From Trueperaceae bacterium (GTDB lineage Bacteria; Deinococcota; Deinococci; Deinococcales; Trueperaceae): a DNA stretch of 64,000 nucleotides. The notes under the pieces are model-generated. The model did not search any database, was not told the origin of the DNA, and saw nothing but the letters and a program-made list of their open reading frames with translations. The stretch covers positions 3,200,001 to 3,264,000 of the forward strand of contig OZ243927.1 of NCBI GenBank assembly GCA_965213925.1. Direction: 5' to 3'. Both the position numbers and the translations under genes were made by a program. Below, one piece after another: positions 63,916 through 64,000 of this stretch (the first letter of the stretch is position 1; each line of letters starts with the position of its first letter).

Positions 63916-64000
63916 ATGAGTAAACCCCGCATCATCGGCGGCGCGGCGAAGGGTCGCGTCCTAGAGACCCCTAAACGCGGCACCAGACCCAGCCCCTCTC
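63916..64000 (+). CDS. rsmD: 16S rRNA m2G966 methyltransferase, partial
   Basis: MSKPRIIGGAAKGRVL...GTRPSP. Confidence 0.8.
   Translation, partial: MSKPRIIGGAAKGRVLETPKRGTRPSPS

Overview
GC-rich bacterial chromosome window, most likely Deinococcota (Truepera-like): RpoC carries the large Deinococcus-Thermus beta-prime N-terminal insertion and many genes have a TANNNT -10 box a few nt before the start codon. 1-28.6 kb is a phosphorus-scavenging region (Ugp-like ABC transporter, two GDPD-fold proteins, PHP hydrolase, second ABC transporter plus MBL hydrolase, two alkaline phosphatases, ZrgBCD-like ABC module). It is interrupted by IS982, a truncated IS630 and a small low-GC islet, and six of its promoters share a TGAC-N7-TGAC-N10-(-10) architecture. 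28.9-38.3 kb is an accessory island: two apparently identical IS630 copies flank Xre-RES, a tyrosine recombinase and a GH3 glucosidase. 38.4-64 kb is core (carD, rpoBC, rplKAJL, nusG, secE, rpmG, tuf, 4 tRNAs, polX, rpmE, rsmD). Most unexplained signals: (i) a dispersed ~111-bp intergenic element (6 copies) with covarying, mutually exclusive pairings; (ii) two related 62-63-nt hairpin micro-inserts inside the IS630 transposase, present in both copies; (iii) 10-8-10 quasi-palindromic sites clustered around the recombinase. All calls are by eye; no searches were run.
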